A stretch of DNA of 64,000 nucleotides, taken from NCBI RefSeq assembly GCF_000737315.1, contig NZ_JMCB01000001.1:310001-374000 (forward strand). Reading direction: 5' to 3'. Below the pieces are notes generated by a model that worked only from the letters and a program-made list of their open reading frames with translations, had not been told where the DNA came from and ran no database searches. Position 1 is the stretch's first letter. Each line of letters begins with the position of its first letter. This document shows positions 36,001 through 44,900 of this stretch, in pieces. The DNA comes from Hyalangium minutum (lineage in GTDB: Bacteria; Myxococcota; Myxococcia; Myxococcales; Myxococcaceae). Position numbers and translations under genes: made by a program.

Positions 36001-36280
36001 GGTGGTGCGGATCCATCCAGCCGGCTTCGCGGCCGGTGATGTGGAAGAAGGGCGCGTCGAACCGGTCCACGTCGTCCAGATACGAGCCGGGCTGCGAACC
36101 GTTCTCGGACTCGATGCTGCGGACAGTGCTCCAGTACCAGCGCTCCGCGGGCGTGAGCCTGATGAGGTCCGTCTCGTTCAAGAGGTTGGCCCAGAACGCA
36201 TGTTGGTCCGGGGCCGACGGGAACCGGCAGGCGAGGCCCACGATGGCGATGGCGCCATCCGTGCCTCGGGGTCGCGTCAC
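33008..36280 (-). CDS. AT-less (trans-AT type) PKS module: KS - C-methyltransferase - ACP
   Basis: KS triad DTACSSS / HGTGT / HLGH, GVSSFGFGG, flanking subdomain joined directly to the LPSYPF..RYW linker with no GHSxG AT, SAM motif LLEIGAGTGG, ACP LGVDSL. Confidence 0.93.
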   Translation of the reverse strand: MTRPRGTDGAIAIVGLACRFPSAPDQHAFWANLLNETDLIRLTPAERWYWSTVRSIESENGSQPGSYLDDVDRFDAPFFHITGREAGWMDPHHRIMLELAWACLEDAAHTPSSLRGKAVGVYVGASSQDWRPLLEASSSPAEGYTALGAAASFVTSRISYFFNFKGPSLAIDTACSSSLVALHRAVRDIRLGECEQALVGGVNLNLIPAPGICFSRAGMLSPRGRCRTFDEGADGYVRGEGAAMLLLKPLAQARADGDRIYGTVYGSAMNHGGAAPTVTSPNPYSQSSVIAEAFRDAGIPPDRVSYVETHGTGTPLGDPIEIAGLKRALSALAREHGVELAPGSVGLGAVKTHLGHLEAAAGIAGVVKVLLCLGHGKRVGLQGFEKPNSRLRLDGSPLFLIGKPVQWPAGDRVAGVSSFGFGGVNAHVVLGDPPAEASGPQATPGTGHRAHCLVLSAANDVTLRARCRDLLSLLEGRAPRPIGLSPHDEGGLLSLIYTLQVGREPLPARLASPVQSIADVIDVLSGWLAGKPGPLAVHGNAGAPPASPESPPRLEDAPEVWCRRWVQGTEVDWALLYPYGRPLRMGLPSYPFEDHRYWAFEQPRSWKNPVETLAERPTETAALTALYAEQERIQRQLIVQRTFLALSELGLREPISSGELATRLGVQPKYERLLTAVLDILRAAGHVEETGGAIRLVGQPAAAQPGPANAALDLLQRCLSHLSPVLRGELPATHVLFPDGAMSLVENVYRGNPIADFFNARTAEAVEKAVLARLAQLPDGGTVHLLEIGAGTGGTTAGIIDRLAPHAGRISYTYTDVSLGFRNFAERFAERASYLSWALLDIERDPAAQREVPISHYDVVIASNVLHATTDIRRTLEHVATLMTAGGVLVLNEICSASPFTTLTFGLLDGWWRFRDPEVRIPGSPGLSFDSWRQMLGQRRFQSARSVAGEGADRLGQQVITSVCTASKTSPKPTATATATPVRAPAPGGTAETRETPEVEEALSAALAATLRIDRERISPQHTLYELGVDSLVALDLRNALEVRFSVKIPMDVPLEELTIQQAAGRLTELISLGVPAETAAADEGEDGYV

Positions 36281-37227
36281 TTGGCCACCGCGCGCGTGGT
36301 GATCTCGCGGATGAGCTCACCAATCATGCCCATCTCGGGCTGCTTGCCGGTGACGAAGACCTTGCCGGGCACATCCACGAAGTGCACCTTCCGCTGGTTC
36401 GTCTGAACGGTGCACAGGTGCGTGGCGTACGGCGAGTCCTGCTGGATCTCCTTGTGGTACTGCGCCTCCTCACCCGCGGCGATGACCTCAATGACGCCGC
36501 GGTACAGGGCCGGCTTGTACGCCAGCATGGCCTCCAGGCCCGCGTTGTACACGTTGACGCGGTGGCGGAAGAGAAGCTCCTCCTGATCCGTCTTGAGGTA
36601 GCCGTGCTTGCGCAGGAGATCCAGGAAGACGTCGATCTGGATCGAGTCGTCCTTGCTCAGGACCTCCTCGATCGGGAAGCCCTCCATGGAGTTACCGAGA
36701 AACTCGTCGAACACGAACATGAAGTCCTGGACGACGCGCTTGCGGGGGGACTCCAGGTGGGCCAGCTCCGTCCACTGGCGAGGGAAGAGCGGGAGGAAGT
36801 CGAGGCAGAGGGCAACCTGCTTGCCGCGGTCCTGCAGCTGCTTACAGATCTCGTAACAGACGAGGCCTCCGTTGCAGAAGCCGCCAATGTAGTAGGGGCC
36901 CTCTGGCTGGATCTCGAGGATCCGCTTCACGTCGAAGGCGGCGATCTCCTCGATGGTCCGGTAGGGCTGCTGCTCGCCCTCCAGGCCTGGAGTCTGGCAC
37001 CCGTACATGGACCAGTCCTCTGGGAGGTACGGCAGGTAGTTGCGGAGGTAGTTCACAGTGCCATCAGTGGCAGGGCAGAAGAACAGGATGGGCGCTCCTG
37101 GTGCTCCCTGGCGCAGCAGCACCATGGTGTCTGTCTTCTTCGGGTTCGGCTTGAACTTGAGGTAGTGCTCCAGGAGCATCGCCTTCTTCTGCTCAGTGGA
37201 CAGGCTCTGGTTCTGCTCTGCGGTCAT
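36277..37227 (-). CDS. Stand-alone thioesterase-fold protein with Cys at the nucleophile position and an N-terminal docking-like helix
   Basis: PILFFCP, YGCQTPGLEGE..PYRTIEEIAA, GPYYIGGFCNGG (GxCxG). ATG 37227 with RBS GGAGG; GTGA overlap with the PKS start. Confidence 0.82.
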   Translation of the reverse strand: MTAEQNQSLSTEQKKAMLLEHYLKFKPNPKKTDTMVLLRQGAPGAPILFFCPATDGTVNYLRNYLPYLPEDWSMYGCQTPGLEGEQQPYRTIEEIAAFDVKRILEIQPEGPYYIGGFCNGGLVCYEICKQLQDRGKQVALCLDFLPLFPRQWTELAHLESPRKRVVQDFMFVFDEFLGNSMEGFPIEEVLSKDDSIQIDVFLDLLRKHGYLKTDQEELLFRHRVNVYNAGLEAMLAYKPALYRGVIEVIAAGEEAQYHKEIQQDSPYATHLCTVQTNQRKVHFVDVPGKVFVTGKQPEMGMIGELIREITTRAVAK

Positions 37228-37504
37228 GCTTCCTCCGTTGGCCACTCTGCTGACGGCGCAAACGTCGGCCATCATACTATGGCGATGCGGATCACGCTGA
37301 TCGGCGCGGTGTGCCACGCCTGCTTTCAGAGAACCTGTGACGGCGGGTCGTTACCGACCATGCATGCGTGGCCAAGAGGCACGAGCGGGCGGATCCGTCC
37401 GCGAAGGCTTGTGCCTGATCACGACAACGGGTGAGAGACCTTCCAGGTCTGACGGCGTGCTGGAGCACGCCCTCCAAGCCGGGAGAGCGGCTACAGTCCG
37501 CGCC

Positions 37505-38281
37505 ATGGAGACGAACGGGCCGGTTCCCTGCACCGTGAAGGAGTTCCAACCGCAGCGCGGCTTCGGGACGCTCGTCCTGGAGGACGGCCGGGAGCTACCG
37601 TTCGACATCTCGGTGTCTTGGAAGCGCGAGCTCTCCGCAGGGACACGGTGCCTGGCCACGCTAGCGGCCCGGCCCACGGGGCTCCGGGTGGTGCTGCTCC
37701 AGCCCGAGCCTCCCCCCGGCATCACGCTGGAGGAAGGCATCGCGCAGTTCCACGCCTGGGGGCTTCTCACCGAGTGGGACGCACGGACGTGCCGCGAGCG
37801 ACTGCCCTCGCTGCCCCTGCGTGGCGCCACGGAGCTCACCGGCGGCAGGCCGCGGCCTCCAGGGCCTCCGCCCACGGAGCTGAGCCCCGACGACGCGGCG
37901 GTGCTACTGCTCGACTACTACGGCGAGGGCTTGTCGGCGCGAGCCCGGGCGGACCGCACCTTCTTCATACCCTCGGTGGACACCCACTCCCGCTACGCCA
38001 AGGCGCTGGGCGAGGGGCTGCTCGTCCTCATCGGCGAGCCCGGCTTCCTCACCCTCAAGCTCAAGAGCGCGCACACCGGCGTCATCGTAGACCGCTCGGG
38101 CCAGAAGCACGACGTGCGGGTGGGGCACGGCGACACCGTTGTCCTCGTCGTCAACCGGCTGCTGGAGGCCGAGGGCGCCCCAGGCCGCCTCCACCAGAAG
38201 AAGCTCTTCGGGACGCCGTGGCTCACGTTCCGCGAACAGTCACGGCGGCCCACCGGAGTCGTCGCCGCGCTCCTCACGTGA
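37505..38281 (+). CDS. Hypothetical protein with N-terminal cold-shock-like OB-fold
   Basis: TVKEFQPQRGFGTLVLEDGRELPF resembles the CSD G.VK.F....GFG.I.....D.F pattern; the remainder is unassigned. Confidence 0.55.
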   Translation: METNGPVPCTVKEFQPQRGFGTLVLEDGRELPFDISVSWKRELSAGTRCLATLAARPTGLRVVLLQPEPPPGITLEEGIAQFHAWGLLTEWDARTCRERLPSLPLRGATELTGGRPRPPGPPPTELSPDDAAVLLLDYYGEGLSARARADRTFFIPSVDTHSRYAKALGEGLLVLIGEPGFLTLKLKSAHTGVIVDRSGQKHDVRVGHGDTVVLVVNRLLEAEGAPGRLHQKKLFGTPWLTFREQSRRPTGVVAALLT

Positions 38282-38523
38282 GGTGGATCTCCTCGTAGCG
38301 ATGGGCGCGGGCATCGACCGACCCGTGGCGCTCGGCGCCGGTTGTGACCGACGCCCTAACACGTCACCGCCTCGCCTGACATGTCACTGACACGCCACAA
38401 TCCTGGCTGCCGCCCATTCCTCCGAGTGCCTTCACAGGAAAGACGGCCGCTCACAGATGGCATGTGGCCTGCAGACGCTCTCCCGCCGCACGGCAGGTGC
38501 ACACGAGAACGGGAGAAATACAT

Positions 38524-39312
38524 ATGCGCTTCATCGTTGGACTGATTGTCGCGGTAGGTCTGCTGGGTTGTGGCGGGGAGGAGCTGGACAGCTTCGACGG
38601 GCTCGAGCTCGAGAGCATTGGGAGTGTGAGCGATGAGATCGTCGGAGGTTCTATATCCCCTGCGGGGGAGGCCCCCTGGCAGGTGTCCCTGAGGAGGAGC
38701 TCTCATTTCTGTGGTGGCGCGATCCTCAACTCGAGGACGGTGCTCACAGCCGCGCACTGCGTGGCCGGGGCGTCTCCTTCAAGCATCTCGGTCCGCTATA
38801 ACAGCCTGCAGCACGCGAGCGGGGGAACGCTCGTTGCGGTCCAATCGATCGTCTCGCATCCTTCCTACAGCTCGAGCACCATCAACAACGATATCGCGAT
38901 CCTTCGCCTCGCCTCTGCTCTGACCTTGGGGCAAACCCAAGCACGGGCCATCCCACTGCCCTCTCAGGGCTCGGAGCCCTCAGCGGGTCAGCAGGCACTG
39001 GTCTCCGGTTGGGGAACGACCTCGGAAGGTGGAAGTCTGTCTGCCGCTCTGCGGAGCGTGACGGTTCCCATCGTCTCGCGCGCGGACGCGCAGGCGGCCT
39101 ACGGCAGCGCGTCCATCACGACCAACATGATCGCCGCAGGAGTGCCACAGGGAGGCAAGGATGCCTGCCAGGGAGACAGCGGGGGCCCCTTGGTAGTCAA
39201 TGGAGTGCTCGTGGGGATCACGAGCTGGGGCATCGGCTGTGCGCGGGCGGGCTATCCGGGCATCTACACCCGCGTGGGCAACTACATCACTTGGATCAAT
39301 AGCAACATGTAA
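38524..39312 (+). CDS. Trypsin-like S1 serine protease lipoprotein
   Basis: Lipobox LLGC, propeptide then IVGG, TAAHC, NDIAIL, KDACQGDSGGP (Asp189-equivalent gives trypsin specificity), SWG.GC. Confidence 0.95.
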   Translation: MRFIVGLIVAVGLLGCGGEELDSFDGLELESIGSVSDEIVGGSISPAGEAPWQVSLRRSSHFCGGAILNSRTVLTAAHCVAGASPSSISVRYNSLQHASGGTLVAVQSIVSHPSYSSSTINNDIAILRLASALTLGQTQARAIPLPSQGSEPSAGQQALVSGWGTTSEGGSLSAALRSVTVPIVSRADAQAAYGSASITTNMIAAGVPQGGKDACQGDSGGPLVVNGVLVGITSWGIGCARAGYPGIYTRVGNYITWINSNM

Positions 39313-39378
39313 AGGTGCCCACGGCCGGGGCCCCCACCCTGCCGCCGATGCCCCCTGCCGTGGTCAAATGGGGACGCC

Positions 39379-41619
39379 ATGTCCATGGTGTCCACACAGA
39401 TGGCTCCCGCCGCGCCCGCCTCCCTGCCCATGGAGGCGGATCCCAGCGGATTCACCGAGCGCGCCCCTGCTCTCGTCTCGCTGCTGCCGGACGAAGCTCT
39501 CTCTCTTGCGCTGGCCCAAGGTGACGCCTTTGCCGTCCACGCCGCGCTCACCGCCCGGCTGGCGCGCGAAGCGGCCGGCGCTGCGCGGGACACCCTTCGC
39601 GAGCTGCTCGCCCACCGGGCCCTGTTCGTCGTGGCCGAGCGGCCGCCCTCGCTCCACTCCTTTCTAGGCACGGGACTCGCACTGACCGGCCTGCCCCCGG
39701 CCCCGCAGCAGGAGACGCCGTTCATCGCCCGCCGCGCCGTCTGCCTCTTCGGAGTGCCGATCTGGCCGCTGGGGGAGCACATGGCCCGTCGTGGCCGGGA
39801 CGGACAGCTCGAGGTGCTCGGGCGCGTGGCAGGTGCGTCGGGTTCTCGGACCGCGCGCTGGAGGGGCCTCCTCGCGATAGGGAGCGTGCTCCTCGCGGGC
39901 ACGGGCCTTGCCGTGGCGCCGTTCTTCGAACGGGAGGTGCAGCTCGTCAATGGCCTCTCCCGCCCCGTGGAGGTGCGCCTGAACGAGCGGCTCATCACAC
40001 TCCAGCCAGGAGAGATCGCGAAGCAGGAGCTCTTCGGGCTGGGCTCTCCTCACCACGTGGAGGCCAGGTGGGTGGGGGCCCAGACACCCTTCGAGGTGCT
40101 CTCGCTGGAGTCGACCCAGCGCGCTGTCTACAACGTCCTGGGCGCCGCCACGCTCGAGGTCGGCCATTCGTCGGCCCCCCGCGGCACTCACCGCCTGGAG
40201 GGCCGCACCGGGAGCCTCGAGCCCCAGGACGAGATGCTCTTGCAAGGGAGCTGGGAGCGCACGGTGCGCGACCTCGCGGATGCGGGGAAGTGGCGCCAGG
40301 CCGCGGAGCTGGCGCGGGCCATCTTCCTGGCGGATCCCTCCGCGATGCAGGCCGGCGAGCAGGCCGCGCTCCTCCTGGTGAACCACAGCCCGGTCCAGGC
40401 GCTCGGGTTCGCCCGGGAGCTTCAGCGGACCTTCCAGGCGGATCCCGTCATCGGCCGCCTGGCCCAGGACATCTTCCTCGCCCTGGGCGAGCGCTCGGAA
40501 GCGTTCACGCTGTACAACACCCTGGTCCAGACGGATCCGGAGTCCGTCCAGAAGGCCCTGATGGCCGTCCGGGTGGCCCCTCCGGAGCAGCAGCGCACGC
40601 GGTACGCCCAGGTCCTGGACCGCTTCCCCGACTCCCCCGAAGCCCTGCGCGCGGTCGCCCGCGTCCGCCTCGCGGATGGCTACGCGAAGGAAGCGCTGAA
40701 CCTGCTCGAGCGTGCACAGGCCCAGGGACCCGAGTCCCTGGAGGATCTGGAGCTGCGCGTGCGCACCCTGGGCTCTGTCAAGAGGTTCAAGGATGCCTCC
40801 GCGGCAGTGCGCGAGTTCGCGAAGGATCCGAGCCGCCGCACCTGGGAGCTGCTCCTCCTCGCCGGCCGGCTCGCACGGATCGCAGGGCCCTCGCGCACGC
40901 AGTACATCTCGAGAGATCTCATCCCTCCCGCGCTCACCGGCTCTCCGGAGCACATGGTGACCTTCGTCCTCCTCACGGGGGAGAGCTCCGCGACGGAGCA
41001 GGACGTGAAGGCAGTCCAGGAGGCGGGAGCCCGCGACGCCTTGGAGCTCACCCGCACCGTCTTCAAGGACTGGGACAAGGCGGTGCAGATGGCCTCGACG
41101 CTCTCGGACAAGGCCTTGAGCCGCCTGGACCCAGAGACCGCCGCGCTGCTGGCGCTGGAGCTCTCACACAGCAAGGGGCCCTCGAGCGCGGACCCTCTCT
41201 TCAACTCGAGCCTCTCGCTCATGGCCGCCCGGAAGCCGCTCGAGGCCTACGTGCTCACAGGCGAGGTGAAGCCGGACTTCCCCTGGCTCCCACCGGGCCT
41301 GCAGGCCGCCGCGCACCTCGTCCGCGCGCGCGTCGTCCCAGACAACCGCTTCGTGGAGCAAGCCTATGCGCGATGGGCTGACGTCCTCGGCGGCATGGCC
41401 CGCCGCGCGCTCGACGCGAAGTACGAGGAGCCCTCCCCACAGCTACCCCCCAGCCCCCCTCGCTTCGACCGGCGCTTCGTCCACTTCACCCTCTTCGGGC
41501 TTGCCCAAGAGCGGGCGGCAGCGGCGAAGAAGGCGGCGGAAGAGGCGGAGCTTGCGCGCCTGCCGCAAGCGCCAAAGCCAGAGGGGGACCGCATCCCCCG
41601 GCCCTGGCCCGCGCCATAA
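39379..41619 (+). CDS. Hypothetical membrane-anchored TPR-like protein
   Basis: One TM (LLAIGSVLLAGTGLAVA), a small beta-domain, then helical repeats (ALRAVARVRLADGYAKEALNLLERA); coding-like third-position GC. Confidence 0.62.
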   Translation: MSMVSTQMAPAAPASLPMEADPSGFTERAPALVSLLPDEALSLALAQGDAFAVHAALTARLAREAAGAARDTLRELLAHRALFVVAERPPSLHSFLGTGLALTGLPPAPQQETPFIARRAVCLFGVPIWPLGEHMARRGRDGQLEVLGRVAGASGSRTARWRGLLAIGSVLLAGTGLAVAPFFEREVQLVNGLSRPVEVRLNERLITLQPGEIAKQELFGLGSPHHVEARWVGAQTPFEVLSLESTQRAVYNVLGAATLEVGHSSAPRGTHRLEGRTGSLEPQDEMLLQGSWERTVRDLADAGKWRQAAELARAIFLADPSAMQAGEQAALLLVNHSPVQALGFARELQRTFQADPVIGRLAQDIFLALGERSEAFTLYNTLVQTDPESVQKALMAVRVAPPEQQRTRYAQVLDRFPDSPEALRAVARVRLADGYAKEALNLLERAQAQGPESLEDLELRVRTLGSVKRFKDASAAVREFAKDPSRRTWELLLLAGRLARIAGPSRTQYISRDLIPPALTGSPEHMVTFVLLTGESSATEQDVKAVQEAGARDALELTRTVFKDWDKAVQMASTLSDKALSRLDPETAALLALELSHSKGPSSADPLFNSSLSLMAARKPLEAYVLTGEVKPDFPWLPPGLQAAAHLVRARVVPDNRFVEQAYARWADVLGGMARRALDAKYEEPSPQLPPSPPRFDRRFVHFTLFGLAQERAAAAKKAAEEAELARLPQAPKPEGDRIPRPWPAP

Positions 41620-41663
41620 GAGCGCAGCCCGGCTGGCAGAAAGGGTCCTCGCGCAAACAGTTT

Positions 41664-41677
41664 TGAAAGCGCTACCA
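41664..41677. promoter_or_regulatory. LacI/CcpA(cre)-type operator-like site upstream of the glucanase gene
   Basis: TGAAAGCGCTACCA fits TGWAARCGYTWNCA. TTGACT at 41686-41691 in an AT-rich patch. Confidence 0.55.
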
Positions 41678-41914
41678 TTTTATCCTTGACTCAGACCCGC
41701 AAAACATTCAAATACCGTAAATCACCATAGGGCTAGATTCCGGGGACATCTACCCAGCCATCCTGGTGCGCTGCGTCGCAGAGGGGACTGGATGGGGTGA
41801 ACGTCGGCCTGCCTCAGGTTGCACATCATTGATGCTCGCAGCCCGACGCCTGTTGCGAACGCCTCTTCAGGCGTGATGACACACTTTACCCATTGTCTCA
41901 TCCAGGCAGGATTT

Positions 41915-44900
41915 ATGCTCTATCTCAAACACTCCAGACGCATCCTCCATGCCGCATGTGCAAGTCTATTCCTCACGAGCGCGTGCAGCCCAGCAGGGGG
42001 TTCTCCTGACGGGCAAGACATTGCGCCGCCGGGAGGGAGGCTCTCCACGCAAAGCGCGTCATTGGCCTCGACCCTCCTCTCCGCGGGCAAGCCTGCCTCC
42101 GCCAGCAGCAACAACTCTCCTTACACCGCGAGCAACCTCACCGACGGCAACCAGAACTCCTATTGGGAGTCGACCAATGGGGCTTTCCCCCAGTGGGCGC
42201 AGATCGACCTGGGCTCGGCCGCGACCGTCGAGGACCTCGTCTTGCGGCTCCCGGCGGGCTGGGGTTCTCGTAACCAAACCCTCTCCGTCCAGTCCTCCAC
42301 CGACGGCTCCTCATTCACCACCCTCGTGGCGAGCGCGTCCTATGCGTTCAATCCGTCCACGAGCAACACCGTGACGATCGACGTCCCGGACACGTCCGCG
42401 CGCTACGTGCGCGTCACCATCACCGCCAACACGGGCTGGAGCGCCGGCCAGCTCTCCGAGCTCGAGGTCCGCGGCACCACCACCACCACCCCGCCGACCG
42501 ACCCGCCTCCGCCCACCGGCAGCAACCTCGCCCTCGGCAAGCCCATCACGGGCTCCTCGACGGAGTATTTGTTCGTAGCCACCAACGCCAACGACAACAG
42601 CACGGACACGTACTGGGAGGGCGCGGGAGGCCAGTACCCGAGCCACCTGACCGTCTCGCTCGGCACGAGCGTGGACCTCTCGGGCGTCGTCCTCAAGCTT
42701 CCGCCGGCCTCCGCCTGGGCGACTCGCACCCAGACCTTCGAGATCCAGGGCCGCAGCCAAGCCAGCGGCTCCTTCACCACGCTCAAGGCCTCCGCGGCGT
42801 ACACGTTCAACCCCGCGACGGGGAACACGGTCACCGTGCCCGTCACCGGCACCGCCGCCGACGTCCGCGTCGTCTTCACGGGCAACACCGGCTCCGGGAA
42901 CGGCCAGGCCGCCGAGTTCCAGATCTACGGCAGCCCCACGGCAAACCCCGACCTCACGGTCACTGCGGTCACCGCCACTCCCAGCTCGCCGATCGAGTCC
43001 GACTCGATCACGCTGACGGCCACGGTGAAGAACATCGGCACCCGGACGTCGGCGGCGACGACTGCCGCCCTCACCGTTGACGGCACACGGCTCGCCACAG
43101 CCAGCGTTGCCAGCCTCGCGGCGGGTGCGACCACGACCGTGTCGGCGTCGATCGGCAAGAAGACCGCCGGGTCCTACACCATCGGTGCCATCGCGGATCC
43201 CGACGGCACGGTCGTCGAGCAGAACGAGAGCAACAACGCGTTCAGCAACCCGACCAAGCTCACGGTGTCGGAGGCTCCCGGGCCCGACTTGCAGGTGCTG
43301 AGCATCAGCTCGAACCCCGCGAACCCGGCCGTCGGGGCACCGGTGACGTTCAGCGCGGAGGTGAAGAACCGCGGGACCACGGCGACCGGGGTGGCCACGG
43401 TCACCCGTATCGTGGTGGGCACCAGCACGCTCAACGCCAGCACCCCGGCCATCGCCGCCGGCGCGACCGTCTCCGTGACGACCAGCGGCAGCTGGACCGC
43501 CACGAGCGGGGGAGCCACGGTCACTGCCACCGCCGATGCAACCAGCGTCGTCGCCGAGACGCGCGAGGACAACAACACCTTCTCGCAGTCGATCGTGGTC
43601 GGGCGCGGGGCGGCGGTCCCCTGGGTCTCCTACGAGGCCGAGGCCGGCCGCTACCAAGGCACCCTGCTGGAGACGGACGCCCTGCGGACGTTCGGGCATA
43701 CCAACTTCGCCACCGAGTCCTCGGGCCGCAAGTCCGTGCGCCTGAACAGCACCGGCCAGTACGTCGAGTTCACCTCGACCAACTCCACGAACTCGATCGT
43801 CGTGCGCAACTCCATCCCCGACGCACCGGGCGGGGGCGGCCAGAGCGCCACGATCAGCCTGTACGCCAATGGCACCTTCGTGCAGAAGCTCACGCTCTCT
43901 TCGAAGCACAGCTGGCTGTACGGGAACACCGACGGCCCGGAGGCACTGACCAACTCGCCCCAGGCCGACGCGCGGAGGCTGTTCGACGAGTCGCAGGCGC
44001 TGCTCGCGCAGACCTACCCGGCCGGGACCGTCTTCCGCCTGCAGCGAGACGCGACGGACACGGCCACGTACTACATCATCGACGTGATCGATCTCGAGCA
44101 GGTGGCCCCGCCGCTGAGCAAGCCCTCCGAGTGCACCTCGATCACGAACTACGGCGCGGTGCCGAACGACGGCATTGAAGACACGGATGCCCTCCAGCGG
44201 GCGGTGACGGACAACCAGAACGGCGTCATCAGCTGCGTGTGGATCCCCGCGGGGCAGTGGCGGCAGGAGAAGAAGATCCTCACCGACGACCCGCTGAACC
44301 GCGGGATGTACAACCAGGTGGGCATCCGGAACGTGACGATCCGCGGCGCGGGCATGTGGCACTCCCAGCTCTACGCCACGATCGAGCCGCAGAACCAACC
44401 GACCAGCATCAACCACCCCCACGAGGGGAACTTCGGCTTCGACATCGACGACAACGTGAAGATCTCCGACATCGCGATCTTCGGCTCCGGCCGCATCCGG
44501 GGCGGCGACGGCAACGCCGAGGGAGGCGTCGCCCTGAATGGCCGGTTCGGCAGGAACACGCGGATCACCAACGTGTGGATCGAGCACGCCAACGTGGCGG
44601 TCTGGGTGGGCCGTGACTACGACAACATCCCCGATCTGTGGGGCCCGGCGGACGGGCTGCAGTTCAGTGGCATGCGCATCCGCAACACCTATGCGGACGG
44701 CATCAACTTCAGCAACGGCACGCGGAACTCGCAGGTGTTCAACTCGTCGTTCCGCACCACCGGTGACGACTCCCTGGCGGTCTGGGCCAACCCCTACGTC
44801 AAGAATCCCTCGGTGGACATCGCCCACGACAACCACTTCGTCAACAACACGGTCCAGCTGCCCTGGCGGGCGAACGGCATCGCGATCTACGGCGGCTACG

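Noticed and set aside
29638-36406. Long antisense ORFs such as 29638-32466 (+) and 33647-36406 (+), and similar ones opposite the TBDRs and the GH87 gene
   Set aside because: They are shadow frames of real genes in high-GC DNA, with no motifs and Arg/Ala/Gly-rich composition.
41640-41810. c-di-GMP-I or other riboswitch upstream of the glucanase (GCAAA...GAAA pattern)
   Set aside because: The flanking bases do not pair into the required P2/P3 stems; the GAAA falls within a better-fitting LacI-type operator.
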